From the human T2T-CHM13v2.0 reference genome, Homo sapiens: 64,000 nt of DNA. The DNA lies in assembly GCF_009914755.1 (NCBI RefSeq), contig NC_060938.1; one strand, given 5' to 3'. The position numbers and the translations under genes are program-made. The notes under the pieces are model-generated. The model saw only the letters and a program-made list of their open reading frames with translations. It was not told the origin of the DNA and searched no databases. This document shows, in pieces, positions 1 to 14,054 of this stretch; the first letter of the stretch is position 1, and every line of letters starts with the position of its first letter.

Positions 1-1854
1 TTCTCTAACTGAAAGTAAATATCCCCTTATATCCTCTTTCACAAATTGAGAAGGTTCACTTTTCCAATTTCTTCTTTACATGTTATTTAAAATTAGTGGA
101 GAGGAATGAAGGAATAAAGGCCCTTTAGTTTTCTGTCACAAATCTTATCTATACTCTTCATGGGAAAAATAAAAGAAATTGAATAGAACTTGCAGTCATA
201 TTTTTGCATCATTGAATTCCTTGTTCTGCCTTGAGTCAGAGAAATTACTTTAGAAGTTCTTGAAATCAGTACATGTGAATAATCTTACTCTCTATTGAAG
301 ACAGAGAATAAACTAGAGGAGCAAAGAATCAAATTAACCTGAGTTCAGTATATACACTGCAAACAAGGAAACGGAGGTAAAGTGCCACCTTCACATCCAT
401 TTTACTTTTAATCAGCTCACTCTCTTTGAGTAGAAAACTATATGTATTCTGTTTATTCATTTTCAAAAATGGAACTCCAGTCACTTGATATTCACGAAAT
501 AAATTGCAAGCTATGGAATTCCTATTATGATTTAGTTTTCGGCCTACCCCAGTAGGGAACATATCCATTATCTGATTACCCTCAATGTGCTTATCATCTA
601 TTCAGAAAAATTACATTTAACAAACATAGGACAAATAGAGAACAATAGAACATCTGCTGGAAATTTTAAGTAGTGAAACCTTATAAACTCAGAGATAAAA
701 GAGATCAGTGTGGTTCAAAATAGCCATGAAGACAAATGATAGTTGTCTTTGGGATGAATTGGGGGTGTGAGCAGAGCCTGACATAAAGCACAAGGCTAAA
801 TGTTAATCTAATTGAATAGAGATGAAAGCACTTTGTAGAAGACCCATGATTGTTCAGTTAGAGCATGCCCAATAAAGGAAACTTTCCCTCTGATAATATC
901 TCAAAAGTTTAAAGGACATATTTGTAGAGAGAAATACACTACTTTCCCTTTTGGGTTGCATAAGCAGATGTGGGCTGGATCTGAATAATTAGAAATATTA
1001 ATGGAGAAAATAAACTTGTGTGGCACTTATGGACCAGAAATTATATTTTATCTCCTGCAGCAAAAAAGCATAAGATAATCATACATGCATGATTCCAGAG
1101 TCCGAGACAAATTCCACTCTTAATAAATTCTGAAGGAAAGGTTTAGAAAGTGAATAACTAAATTAATTAGCATGACTTCATCCAATAGACACAATTCTGA
1201 GCTAGAATCCACTGGAACACATTTAAAGATAAACTCATTGCAAAGTTTGATGTATTTTACTAGCATTACTAACAAAGTAATCAGAACACACCTCTCACCT
1301 CTCTTTGATATGCTGTGTTTTTCAAGACTGCAGTGGAGAGCTGCCCCTTGTGTTTAATGCCATGTGTCACCTGTTTGTACACGTGGAAAGCTCATAAAGT
1401 GATTGGGGTCACTACAAATTTATCACTATGATGTTCCTTTGTTAGTCAGAGGTGGTTTGCACTCTGTACACAACTACATACTCAATCTCATTTACTTCCA
1501 AATGACTAAGAGGGAAATGTGGAAAACCCACAGAGATAACATTATTTTATCAAAGGGCAGTGCCTTCCTGGCAATATGTTGTGACAAAGACTATTTTTTT
1601 CACCACTTAAGAAGAAAAAGAGATGGCAGGGGTGGAGGTAGAGCATAAGAAAAATGCCCCATTACAGAGTGTGAAGAGAAGAAACTAAGTGATTCATTCA
1701 TTAGTCAACTGCACAGTGGCAAGCAAATTCAGTGATGTAAGTTGACACTGTCTAGCAAAATAAGCTGTGTTAGACTCTCACTCAAAATATATAGATTTTA
1801 AGATTCTTTAAGATGAGGAAAGAGGGAGAGATTGAGGCAGGAGAGGGTCCTTAG

Positions 1855-2213
1855 ACTCTTGCCACTCAAAGCACAGTTCATGACAAGCAGCAGCTGCATT
1901 AACTGGGAGCTTGTTAGAAATGTGGATAGCGGCCAGGTGCAGTGGCTCATGCCTGTAATCCCAACACTTTGGGAGGCTGAGGCAGGTGGATCACCTGAGG
2001 TCAGGAATTCGAGACAGGCCTGATCAACATGGCAAAACCCCGTCTCTATTAAAACTACAAAAATTAGCTGGGTATGGTGGCACACACCTGTAAGCCCAGC
2101 TACTCGGGAGGTCAAGGCAGGAGAATCGCTTGAACCTGGGAGGCGGAGGTTAGAGCCAGCTGAGATTGTGCCACTGCACTCCAGCCTGGGCAACAAAGTA
2201 ATATTCTGTCACA

Positions 2214-2260
<47 letters not shown>

Positions 2261-2362
2261 AGTAAAGAAAGGCAGATAGCCAACCACTTCCCAGGAGCTC
2301 CTAAATTTGAATCTGCATCTTTGCAAGATTCCTCCATCATTTATAAAGTTTAAAAATTACTA
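1855..2362. mobile_element. MER5A-like hAT-Charlie DNA transposon fossil split by an Alu
   Basis: 'ctcaaagcacagttcatgacaagcagcagctgcattaactgggagcttgttagaaatg' precedes the Alu and 'gaatctgcatctttgcaagattcctcc...aaagtttaaaaattact' follows it; both resemble MER5A halves. Confidence 0.6.
1931..2261 (+). mobile_element. AluS SINE with (CA)n and poly(A) tail
   Basis: Starts GGCCAGGTGCAGTGGCTCATGCCTGTAATCCC; dimeric; diverged TSD agaaatgtggatagc / agaaaggcagatagc. Confidence 0.95.
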
Positions 2363-2597
2363 TCTTGGAAGACTGGGAGGGCTAAGAATTGTGATTATAG
2401 AGAAGATGGTTAATGAGAGCAGAAATCCTTGAAAGAAAAGAGTTCTGGAAATTACTTGAAATGGTGTCAAGTCAGTCCCCAAGAACACGCCAGACACTCC
2501 AAGCCATCTCCTAGAAGCTGTTCTTTGAGTGATTGAGAAAGAAAGGTAGACAGGTTTCAAAAGTTTTGTTGGAAAACTAAGTAAAGCACAGAAAAAG

Positions 2598-2767
2598 TTA
2601 ACCTACCACCAAGCGGATGTCAAAAAGAGGCAATCAAATATCAATGCTGATAGCTACAGGTAATTGCTTATAGTAGAAATTTAACCTACCATCAAGCGGA
2701 TGTCAAAAAGAGGCAATGAAATATCAATGCTGATAGCTACAGGTAATTGCTTATAGTAGAAATTTAA
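2598..2767. repeat. 83-bp tandem duplication
   Basis: 2598-2680 and 2681-2763 differ at 2 positions; TTAA at each boundary. Confidence 0.95.
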
Positions 2768-3097
2768 GCAGATCTGAAGAGTTTGTAGATAAAATTTGGG
2801 TGACCCTGTAACCAAATCGTTGAGCAAGTTACCTTTGAGTCTATCCTAGGTGCCGAGCATTATGGTAGTTGTACTTGCTAAGCAAGACCAAATCTCCACT
2901 TTTAAATCTCCACTCTCGGGGCGTTTACAAGGTCAGGGAAATAATCACAACCAAATCACAACATGGAACACAAATAAGAGGCCTGAAATCACTATATAGA
3001 CTTTATTTCTAGGCACATGGTAAAGAAGGCATACAAATCCCTTAGAACACACAGTCTTGAGATAACAAGACACACTCGTGTTATACAGATTATAGCC

Positions 3098-3119
3098 TGT
3101 GTGTGTGTGTGTGTGTGTG
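3098..3119. repeat. (TG)n microsatellite
   Basis: Seen directly. Confidence 0.9.
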
Positions 3120-3440
3120 CACTCATTTGTAAACATTCAGTTTGACCACAGTGCTATGGGTCTCATCAACATATTTCTTAAATCCCTAGTGCAGAATCAA
3201 ACTCATCTCTTCTGCTTTGGGAACTACCAAGAATGGCCCCAGCTGCCATATTTTTAATTTAGTCTTCCTACGCACATGAGTAGATCAGGGGTGAAATCCG
3301 TGCCCAAATACTCTCGCTCAGAGATTTGACATGAGAATAAAAGTTTCCATAGGAGACTCTGTTATCTTTATAATTAATTCCTCTCAACATCATCTGAAAT
3401 TTTTTAAATTAATTTTTCAAATTACTTTTCACTAGCTTGC

Positions 3441-3735
3441 TTTTATTTATTGAGTCAGAGTCTCGCTTCTTCGCCCAGGATGGAGTGCAACGGCGCTATC
3501 TCGGCTCACTGCAACCTCCGCCTCCTGGGTTCAAATGATTGTACTCCCCAGTAGCTGGGATTACAGGGATGTGCCACCAGGCCTGGCTAATTTTTGTATT
3601 TTTCTTTTTTTTTTTTAGTAGAGGCTGGGTTTCACTATTTGGCCAGGTTGGTCCCGAACTGCTGACCTCAAGTGATCCACCCACCTCGGCCTCTCAAAGT
3701 GCTGGGATTACAGGTTTGAGTCACCGCGCCTGGCC
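3441..3735 (-). mobile_element. AluS SINE with a small internal deletion
   Basis: Reverse Alu ending 'caccgcgcctggcc'; T-rich tail on the left. Confidence 0.95.
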
Positions 3736-5829
3736 TGACTAGATTTATTTTAACTTGCACCAAAAAGAATCTTAACCCAGATGCCCAGTGGCTATGCTGA
3801 TAAGATCTTAACATGAAGACAGCTGTACCATTAGTAAGTAGTAAAGTCATAGAGTCACTGATTAAAAACATAGTACTCCTATCCAGTAATGTTCAAGCAG
3901 CTTTAGCCTTTAAGAATGTTTCTTTTTGACTGGATATATCAGGTTGTTAAATCTTAAAACCAGTGTTCACACTTGCTGGTGGCCTTTTGGTTACATCTCA
4001 ACTCGTTTACAATTGCTCCAAAACAGTGAAGCCAAGTACTTTTAATGCTATACTTGGATTGTGCATGTCTAGTGTTTTAGAAACTTCATTGTCATTAACA
4101 GTGTGGTTTGGTACAAAGTCTGGATTCTCAAGCTTTAGTCCTGTCATTTTTAATTGAAATCTGAAGTGGACGTAGGAATGTATATTTTAGCATGTCCCTA
4201 GGATGATTCTGCTTCAAATAATCTGGGGAGTTTACTACTACAAACATTTTAGACTGTGGTTCTTAATTCAGAATTGCTCATAACAATAATTTGAGAAGCG
4301 TTTTCAAAACATACATACTGAGCACCATTTCAGGCCTACTGAATCAGAGTTTCAGCCAACATATTTTTGCACCAGAACTCCAGGTAGCTGCTGAAGCACA
4401 CTTCTAGTTAAAAATCACAGACGATGTACTTAGGGGTGATTGATTCAACTATTCTGTGAAGGTAACCTCTTTTTATTTGGATCTACCCTGCAACATCCAC
4501 AGTATTTTCTTTGAATGATCACATTTGGTGTTTAAAATTGGTCAAGTCTCAGCTACTCAGACCATAGCTACTTTGACCTATTTTAAAATCAGCTTTTAAA
4601 TACTGCCCTTCTTTTATCCTCTGATCAGAAGTGCGTTTTTCTAATTTGGAAGCTTGCCTACCACTGTAATTTAAATGGTAAATAACTGGAGATGGAATTG
4701 GCTTTAGATATGCTCTTCATTTATTTTCTTCACATTGCAGTGTATCAAAGTTCTAAGGAAAGCCAAAAATCCAGACTTTGCAAAACTAGAAGAAAATTGT
4801 ATTCTGTCCTGTCCCGCTTCCTGCCACTTTTTTTTACTTTATTTCCAATAAAAACCATATTTTTCATATTAGATTCCAAGATTAGAGTAAGAAATCAAAA
4901 TCCACAACACTATTATATTAAACTATTTAGCCTTTAAAGGTTTTCTGGTAGAACACCAACAATGAGTTTTAGAGAGCATACAAAATGCCCAAATTTCCTC
5001 AAATCTGTAAAGAACGTTGCCATTTTTTTGCAGAAATGAATATACCCTTTCAGGCCCCCTAATACCACCCCAAATCATTGGCTTTTGGGTGAGGTGAGTC
5101 CTCATCATTTATTTACAGCTGAACTTTGAGGGAGCCTAAGCTACAGAACTAAAAGTAATAATATATAAGAATATGCATGTGCTTACAAGAATGTTTATGT
5201 GTTTGTGCTCTATGTATATTGGGGTAGGTAAATTTGTTTTTTTAGCATTATTTATCATGATCCAAAAGAAAAAAATACATGAAGAAACTAAAAAGACTTC
5301 TACTATCCATGTTGAGAGAAATGATTTAAACATTTTAGTATATTATTTTCAAAAATAATACATAGCTATTAAAATATATATTATATCTGTGGTAATTAAT
5401 CTAGAATAAGGATCAACCTGAAAGATTAAGTGTAAAAAGCAAGTTGCAGAGTGGTGTATATACTAACATTGCTAAACAAAATAACAACATATATACATAC
5501 CCCTTTATCAGCCTGTATATGTTTACGCAAATATAGATATGAGCAAGGATATACTATTGAAAAGGTATTCCAAGGGATAAGATTGAAAGGGAGTGGTATT
5601 ATCTTTACACATTTTTATATGGTTTGAATGTTTCATGAACACATAATTTTGTAATTTAAAAAAAATACAAACATTAAAAGTGTAGATCAAGAAAGCAATA
5701 TGGGAAGTGAAGATGAATAACATTTCATATACAAATAAACAAAAATGGCTAACAAGAATTAAACTCTAAGCATTACTAATAATTAAAAGGGCAAATATAG
5801 ATAACAAAATTCTATTTGTTACCTCTTAA

Positions 5830-6140
5830 ATTAGTGCACATTAAAGAAAAGAATTATCAATGCTGATTAAGCCAGTTTGAGAATAGCACTTCTACACAAT
5901 GCTGGTATATAATATGGAACGATCTTTCTGGAAATCAGCTTGAAAATATATCAAGAACATAAAGATGTTAATATCTTTGACCCAGTAATTCCTGATTCAG
6001 GGACTTGTATTATGTAAATAAGGTGAAATGAGGGCAGGTGTGAATATAAAATGATCTTTACTGTAGTTCCCATAGGAAGTGGCATAAATGATCACACAGT
6101 CCATCACATGAACAAAATCCATAAATGGTTTTCTATGATA
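5830..6140 (+). mobile_element. Old L1 (L1ME-like) 3' fragment
   Basis: 'tttctggaaatcagcttgaaaatatatcaagaac...tttgacccagtaattcc' resembles the L1M ORF2 end. Confidence 0.55.
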
Positions 6141-6769
6141 TTTCTCTGTATCTTCCCATCTTCCTCGTACCCAGCAGTTTATACACTTCTTTCCCTTTTT
6201 TTATCCACACTGTGTCTGCAGCACCTTGCAGGTCATTTTTACTCCCATCCTTGACCAAGTGGAGGGGCTGGAGCATCACCTGCCTAGAATCCCCTGAACA
6301 GCCAGACTCTTCTAGTCTAACAACATTTCTGCAGAAGTCAACCTCAGTAAAACAATGCTGATTAATGAAACCACCAGCCCCATCCCAAAGGAAATAACCT
6401 AAGATGCAAATAAGCAAACAGTGTTTAAGAGCTGTATGGATAGTGGTTATAAATCTTTCTTACTAATTTCCTATATTTTATAATGTTTTCAAATGAATAT
6501 GTGTTGATGTTACAATTAAAATAAAACTGTTACTTGTTCAATTGTTAACTATTTGCAAGCCTCTTCAGAAGCCAGCTTCTTTCGCTTGTGAAATGTACCT
6601 ATTGTAAGATTAATTATTTGTAATTTGTAAAAACAGACAACAACGAAGCCCTTTCAGACAGACTCAGATACTTGGAGTGAGGCGTAAGAAATATTTTGCA
6701 GAATAAGAATGTTATGACTTAATTATATGGCCAGGTGTTTCTCCAGATGCTGTAAGACAATGACTTCTC

Positions 6770-7139
<370 letters not shown>

Positions 7140-7184
7140 TTAATGATATGAACTTATTTTCTGAAAAATATGTATTTGCCTGCT

Positions 7185-7670
7185 GTAATAGTTCCCCACA
7201 GCTGTCATAACAAAGTACTAGAGACTGTGTTACTTAAAACAGCAGAAATGCATTGTCTCACGGTATGGAGGCTTGGAGTCCAAACTCAAGGTATCAGCAA
7301 CGTCATGCTCCCTCTGAAACCTGTAGGCGAATCCTCTCTTCCTCTTCTAGCTTCTGGTGGTTGCTGACAATCTCTTGTGATCCTTGTCTTGTAGATGCAT
7401 AGTTTCAAACCTCCATCTTCACGTGGGATTCTCCTTGTGTCTTCTCATCATCTTCTTTCTGTGTATGTCTATGTCTGTGTCCAAATTTCCCCTTGGCATA
7501 AGGACACCAGCCATATTGGATTAAGGCACACCCTAATATCCTCATTTTGAATTCATTACCTCTATAAAGAATCTATTTCCAAATCAGCTCCATATTCTGA
7601 GGTACAAGGGGCTGGGACTTCAGCATATCTTTTTTGAGGAGAGAGAGAGGAACACACTTCAACACAGAAC
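7185..7670 (-). mobile_element. MLT1C-like MaLR solo LTR
   Basis: 'ataaggacaccagccatattggatt...ctatttccaaat...attctgaggtac' is the reverse of the MLT1 LTR 5' part. Confidence 0.8.
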
Positions 7671-8640
7671 CCCACCCATCTCCACTGTGAAATGGAGATT
7701 TTATAATGTGATACCATTTATCATCTTGTCTAAGCACCCCAGCTTTAAGAACCTGGATGTGAAGACCGTTGGAACTCTGTTATCTCTGAGCACCCCTCAC
7801 TAAATCACATAATAAAGTTTCCAAGCACAAATCAGATCAACTCAAAAAGCAGGAAAACCTTTCCACTAAGTGTATTAGGACGCTATAAGAAAAGTCATTT
7901 TCTTAACAATTTACCTTCACCTCAATGTCAGAAGTATTGTAATGTAACAATTGAGACATTTGGAAAATTTTGCTGATAGATACTGGCTTCTTTCCTAATG
8001 GAAATCTAGGTCACAGTATTTCTCAGCAGGGCTGCAATTATAAACGGACACAATACTGATATCCCAATAGAATGCAAAGGCTTCTGATGTTTACCTGCCT
8101 AGAGCAATAACAACTAGTTGAAACCTAACAATAGAAATATTTTATTTATATTTTGCTTTTTATATTACTATCAGAATTGAATTATATGTATGTAATGTTA
8201 TAGCACTAAATATAACATATGTTAATATCACATAAAATTTGCTTTATTCAGATTCTACTTTTAAAAGTGTGTCATTAGCAATCTATTTCAGTGGTTAATA
8301 TGAAATCTGAAATCAAAAAGGCATTGATTTTCTAGTTACTAACTGCTTGATGATGGGCACATTACTTATCTTTCCTCATCCTCAACTATCTGGTTTCTAG
8401 AACAATAACATCTACTTGGTGGGATAGATATGTTTGGAATAATAATGTCTTTCTTCAAATCCTAGCTCCAAATCTTATTAGCTGCATGTCCCAGATATTT
8501 ATCCAATGAGTGCATCAGTATATCTATCTATAAAAAGAAACAAAAAAAATTAGGATGACAATACTATTTTATGTTGTACATGTTTATCATTCAAATTAAA
8601 TGAAGTAGATTACATAGAAAGAAATTTCTTCGTTAGGTAT

Positions 8641-8703
8641 TGTATTAGTCAGGGTTTTCCAGATAAATAGGAAACAGAACCAATAAAAGTTTCGTTCTGT
8701 TTC

Positions 8704-8757
<54 letters not shown>

Positions 8758-9118
8758 GATATATATATTCACATATATAATATATGTATTTATATATACA
8801 TATATCTACATATACTGAGAGAGATTTATTGTAAAGAATTGACTCATGTGATTATAGAAGATGAAGAGTCCAAATCTACAATGTGAGCCAGAAAGCTGAA
8901 GACCCAGGAGAGCCAATAGTGTAGATGAAGTCTGAAGGCAGTCTGCTGGAGAATCCTCTCTTGTTCTGGGAAGCTGGCCTTTTTGTTCTATTCAGACCTT
9001 TAACTAATTAGACCACATATATTATGGAGGGCAGTCTGCTTTCTCAAAGTTCACTAATTTAAATATTAATCTCCTTCAAAAATATCCTCCAAATTGACAC
9101 ATAAAATTAAACATCACA
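8641..9118 (-). mobile_element. MLT2 (MLT2D-like) ERVL solo LTR with internal (TA)n(CA)n
   Basis: Begins tgtattagtcagggttttccaga; ends ttgacacataaaattaaacatcaca. Confidence 0.85.
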
Positions 9119-10039
9119 CATACTAAGTAAATATTGGATATCCTTTTAAGTCATTGTGCCATTAGTGCCCTGGTCAGGGGAGGAGGGTGTTAGAGAGTTA
9201 CTAGAGTTTTATTTTAAAAGCCATTAGAAGACATTGTTGACTGTGGATTGAGCATGTAATTGATGATTTGCTATTACAAGTGATGGTACTAGACAGGAAA
9301 AATTTTCCCATAAATTCAATAGCACGGATCCATTCCCTGCATTTTTTCAGTTCTGCAGTTTGCATAAAATAGGCACTATCAGAGCCAATCAAAAACCTGT
9401 TGAATTCCCAAGGTTCCACAGTCTTTTAATTAGTTGCTGTTGCCCAGCCCTTTCTGTGAACATATTTTAAACATTTCCTGCTTATTCACATCCGTATGGT
9501 AAATTGAGCTCACATCTTCCTTCATATCTCCAATTAATATGTATATATGAAAGAATTAGTATTGGAATAGCTAGAACAGCCAACAGTTGAAATACTATAT
9601 GTGGTAGTATTTTGAAGCTGTAAGGATTGTTTATGGGTGCAGCAACAAAAATATAGTAGCCCTTTTCAGTTAAGGTTAGGATAAAGAGTATTATCTGGAG
9701 GTGGTTTCTAGTGAAGAGCACTATTCTTTGAGAAGTAATGTGAATGCTTGACTGGACTGTATGTGTGTGTGTGCATGTGTTGTGGACACATTAATGTTAA
9801 CTTTTCCTTCCAGGATATATTATAATTCTGATAACCACATATTGAGCTTCTATTATGTGATACACTTTTTATGAAAAAACATGTGTAAACCAAAGCAAAG
9901 TGCATTAAAAATGTGTGTTCTCTTTAAATTTAATCCTCAGGGGAAATTCATGTAGTAATATGATGACTGTTTATGAATGAGGAAATCTTAGGATCACATA
10001 GGTCTATCCATTTTTAAGGCCCTTGTTTATTCCACTAGA

Positions 10040-10248
10040 TCAGGTTTTAGCCAAATTCAGGCCAAATTTTGCTTGCTACCTATTTCCATAAATAAGGTTT
10101 TATTGGAGCACAATTATGGTGATACATTGTTTTCACACCACAATGGCAGAGTTCCCTAGTTGCAACATAGGCCGCGTGACTGGCAAAGCCTAAAATATTG
10201 ACTATTTTGCTCTAATTATCACATATAGAAACGTTTTCTGACTCCTTG
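10040..10248 (+). mobile_element. MER58A hAT-Charlie fossil
   Basis: 'aaataaggttttattggagcaca...acaatggcagagtt...gcaaagcctaaaatattgactat'. Confidence 0.75.
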
Positions 10249-12214
10249 TCTACCTTATACTATCTGCTTCATGTTGGGCTGTTTTCAAAAAAAGAATATG
10301 TCTAGATTTTTCCTTTAGTATGATTATTAAGGCCAAAAAATAAGACATAGGCTCTTATTCCTGTTATAATTGCTCAAATAAGTGATTCATAAGGTTTATA
10401 CATCTCCACTTTGGATTTTTTATTGTAAACAAAATAAAACAACTTTGACAAAATTAAGTCAAGGCTATTTTTGGATAGGTGATTGCTCCCAAATCAAAAG
10501 AAAGATTGGAGAACAAAGCTTTCCAGAGGCCAAAGATGGTGGGCTATGCTAAAGCCCTTGCCAAAAGGAATCCTCTGCTTGAGACTTGATTTTTGTGCTG
10601 TCATCCCTGAACACTCCGAGGCAGCATCCAGGGCTGAAGATCACTGTTCCTCTTTCTCCTCCACACAGAGAAACAGTCTCCAACCAAAGCTATATCTTCT
10701 ACATCATCTCAAGGTCTGAAGCCCAGGAAGAGCATCTAAATATTTGTGCTTGGATAACATGACTCTCTGGTTACCAGGGGTGCAGAGGAGTGTGTATTTC
10801 CAACACCACCATTTCCATCAGCCTATGTAGTAGGGGCAGAAAGTATCATAGGATTTCTCCCCAGTCAGAGGGTTATTCAAATACTGAGCTGGAGATATCG
10901 TGAATGTGCATTACATGATCCATTCTATGCCTTATATTGATTGTTCTAGTCATCTATTAACTACGATCCAAGTACCTCTATCATGTACTTTCTAGCCTGT
11001 GGACATAAATAATGTAATATTAATCTTATGCCCAACTTTTATTGGTTGTGGAGGTAGAACCTCAGTACCCTATATGATCATACACACACACACACACACT
11101 CTCTCTCTCTCTTCCAGATTCCTTTCTTGTGGTAACTGGAGATGCTCCCAGGGAAATTACAGTGCATTCATGAACAAGTGTATTGCCTTCTCCTGCAAGT
11201 GATTACAAAATTGCCCGAGTTGACCTCTGTGCTGATGTTTCATAATCCCGTGGTGACACTATTTTGTTACTAGGTTTCTCCAGGACATGCTTCCTTCACT
11301 CTGTTTCTTCCTCTGAACTAACTTTAAATTCTTTCTCCACATGCCCTTGGCCTTCCTCCACATGGCTGCCATCTGTCACCTTGGGGCCATGTTCTAGTGG
11401 CTCCACCCAAGCTGCCACCTGCACTGCTAAAGACTCCCTGCCTTGAAGCCTCCTCCGACATCTCCTGCTGGTTTTTGCTATTGGGCACATTTTCCTAACT
11501 TACCTCTCTTTGCTGCATTTAATCAATGGTCCACTGGTGGCCACTGCTCATACTCTCTCTTTGAACCTTCCTTTAAACAGGAAAAAAATTCCCTTCTCTT
11601 ATACAAAGCTTTGAAATGGCAAGCGCTTAGATATCAGGGTTTTAGAACTCTCAGCTTTGCATTTTCCTATTGCTTTTCCTCTAGGGTGTGCGTGCTATGT
11701 TCTGTGGCTAAATAGAGTTTGATTCAAGTAAAGATGAATACACAATGCTCAGACCCATTAGCCTACTCTGATCTTCAACCTCTGTCGCTGACTCCAGCTT
11801 GTGTTGAGTTCTTCTCTAAGAGAGAATTCTCTTCAGAGGACCCTACAATTTTCTGCTGAAATTTCCTCCATCAGTTAGTCTTCAGACCTAGGATGTATCT
11901 AAAGATATATGAAACCCAATCATTTACACTACTCAAATTCCATTACTGGGAGACTCCATTGCCTCTCTGTATATATGAAATTAATTCAAATATACACCAT
12001 GCATAGCGATAACTCTGAATCACATAACCAATCCCTGTTACTTCATCACAAAATTATTTTTAAAATCTCATATCTATGTTGTCCTTCATTGAAGCTTTAA
12101 TTATTTCTATTGTATCTTTCTAAATATAAATAATATAAACATAAAAGTTTTTTCATCTTTTACCACTTCCACTTCCTTCCACTTACTCAGAAATGAAAAA
12201 TTATTAATTAGTAT

Positions 12215-12485
12215 ATAATAAGTTATTAGAGAGCACTTACTATGTGCCAGGAATTATTTTAAACACTTTACATGTATTGCTATTTTAACCATCCCCACAA
12301 CACCGCACTTTATGACCTAGGTATTATTACCATCACGCCATCATCACCATTTTGCAGATGGAACAGCTAAGGTATGCAGAATGTACAGGACTATTCAACA
12401 TCACACAAATTACACACAGGAGTCAGAAATTAAACCTGTACAGTCTAACTCCAGAGTCCATGTTTTGAAAAACAATATCTACTGT
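12215..12485 (-). mobile_element. MIR SINE
   Basis: 'agcacttactatgtgccagg...cattttgcagatg...cagtctaactccagagtcc'. Confidence 0.8.
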
Positions 12486-12945
12486 CTTTAATAATAGCTA
12501 CTTATTAAAGGATAGAAGTAAAGATGAAAACCTGTTTTTCCATTTTTAGCTTAGTTTAATGTTACTTCTTTTTTAATATTAATGATGAAGATGCAACTGT
12601 TGATATAATTAATAATATTTTCTTCTGTACTTAGTGTTTGGTATTTCATAGTTGTTTGAAAAGTACTCTGATTTGTATTATTATTTTTGTTTACTTGCAT
12701 TTTTATATATTATTTGTTTATTCTTTACATATAGATAAATTCTGAAACAAAGTTTGGTTCAACCAAACCTCATTGTGTACCTAGTTAACTGTTGAAATCC
12801 CAATGCCCAACACAGTGCCTTGGCATTTTTGTGTTGAATCAATATTTGTTCAATAAATATATTCACTAATTAATTAATAGGCATTAAGTTATTTGCTGAG
12901 ATTAAAAAGATAAATGAGATGTTCTTAACTCTAAAGAATATCTGA

Positions 12946-13315
<370 letters not shown>

Positions 13316-14054
13316 TTAAAACAGGTAACTCAATACTAGGGAAAATACTAGGGAACACAGAAGGCTGAATGCAAATTTGTTTGTCCTTCTATATCATTTA
13401 AAGAAGCATCAATTTTTTTAAAAAATGGAATCATAGAACTTTAGTTTCTGTTTGGGCACACAACTTCCTTTTTCTTTGCTGTTCCGAGATGACCCTGCTA
13501 ATGGTAGGTACCACTGTAATGTCTGAGAGTAACTAAAGAGAGATGGATTTGCCCTGATATGCTATACAAAGTAAAACATAAGTGGCCAGTGTGTTGTCTG
13601 TTTAGTATCTATAGCCACAGTCTGGGGTTCCTTGGATCTTCTAAGCAATGACTAATTATCCTTTAACAGTCAAAGAAAAACTCTATTACTAAAAGAATGT
13701 TCTACATGCATTTGAGCTTGGTTCACACTTAAGCTTTGTTATCTCTCCCTGCCGCCAGTACTTTGCTGCCTGGCTTAATATTGGGTATTTTGTTCATTCA
13801 GGCCATGCTGAGTTCAATTAAAGGCAGATCCTCACTCCTCTCTCTGCAAAGATACATTCTGCTAGTGTATTTATTAATTTATTTCTAATGAATATCCTTT
13901 ACCAAGTACCTACATTGTTTTGTGATAAAGAAGAAACAAAATTTGGCTCCCATTTTCAAATAATTGAAATCTCACTACAAAAACAAAATTTCTATCTAGG
14001 GAACAATTGCAGAAAAATAAAAGTAAATAATCAAGAGGTAAACTGTGTGGGACA

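Noticed and set aside
1798-2196. 132-aa ORF and similar ORFs at 13004, 24720, 31405, 44294, 45135 and 57324
   Set aside because: These are Alu antisense translations (LECSGTISA..., [13 protein letters not shown]), not genes.
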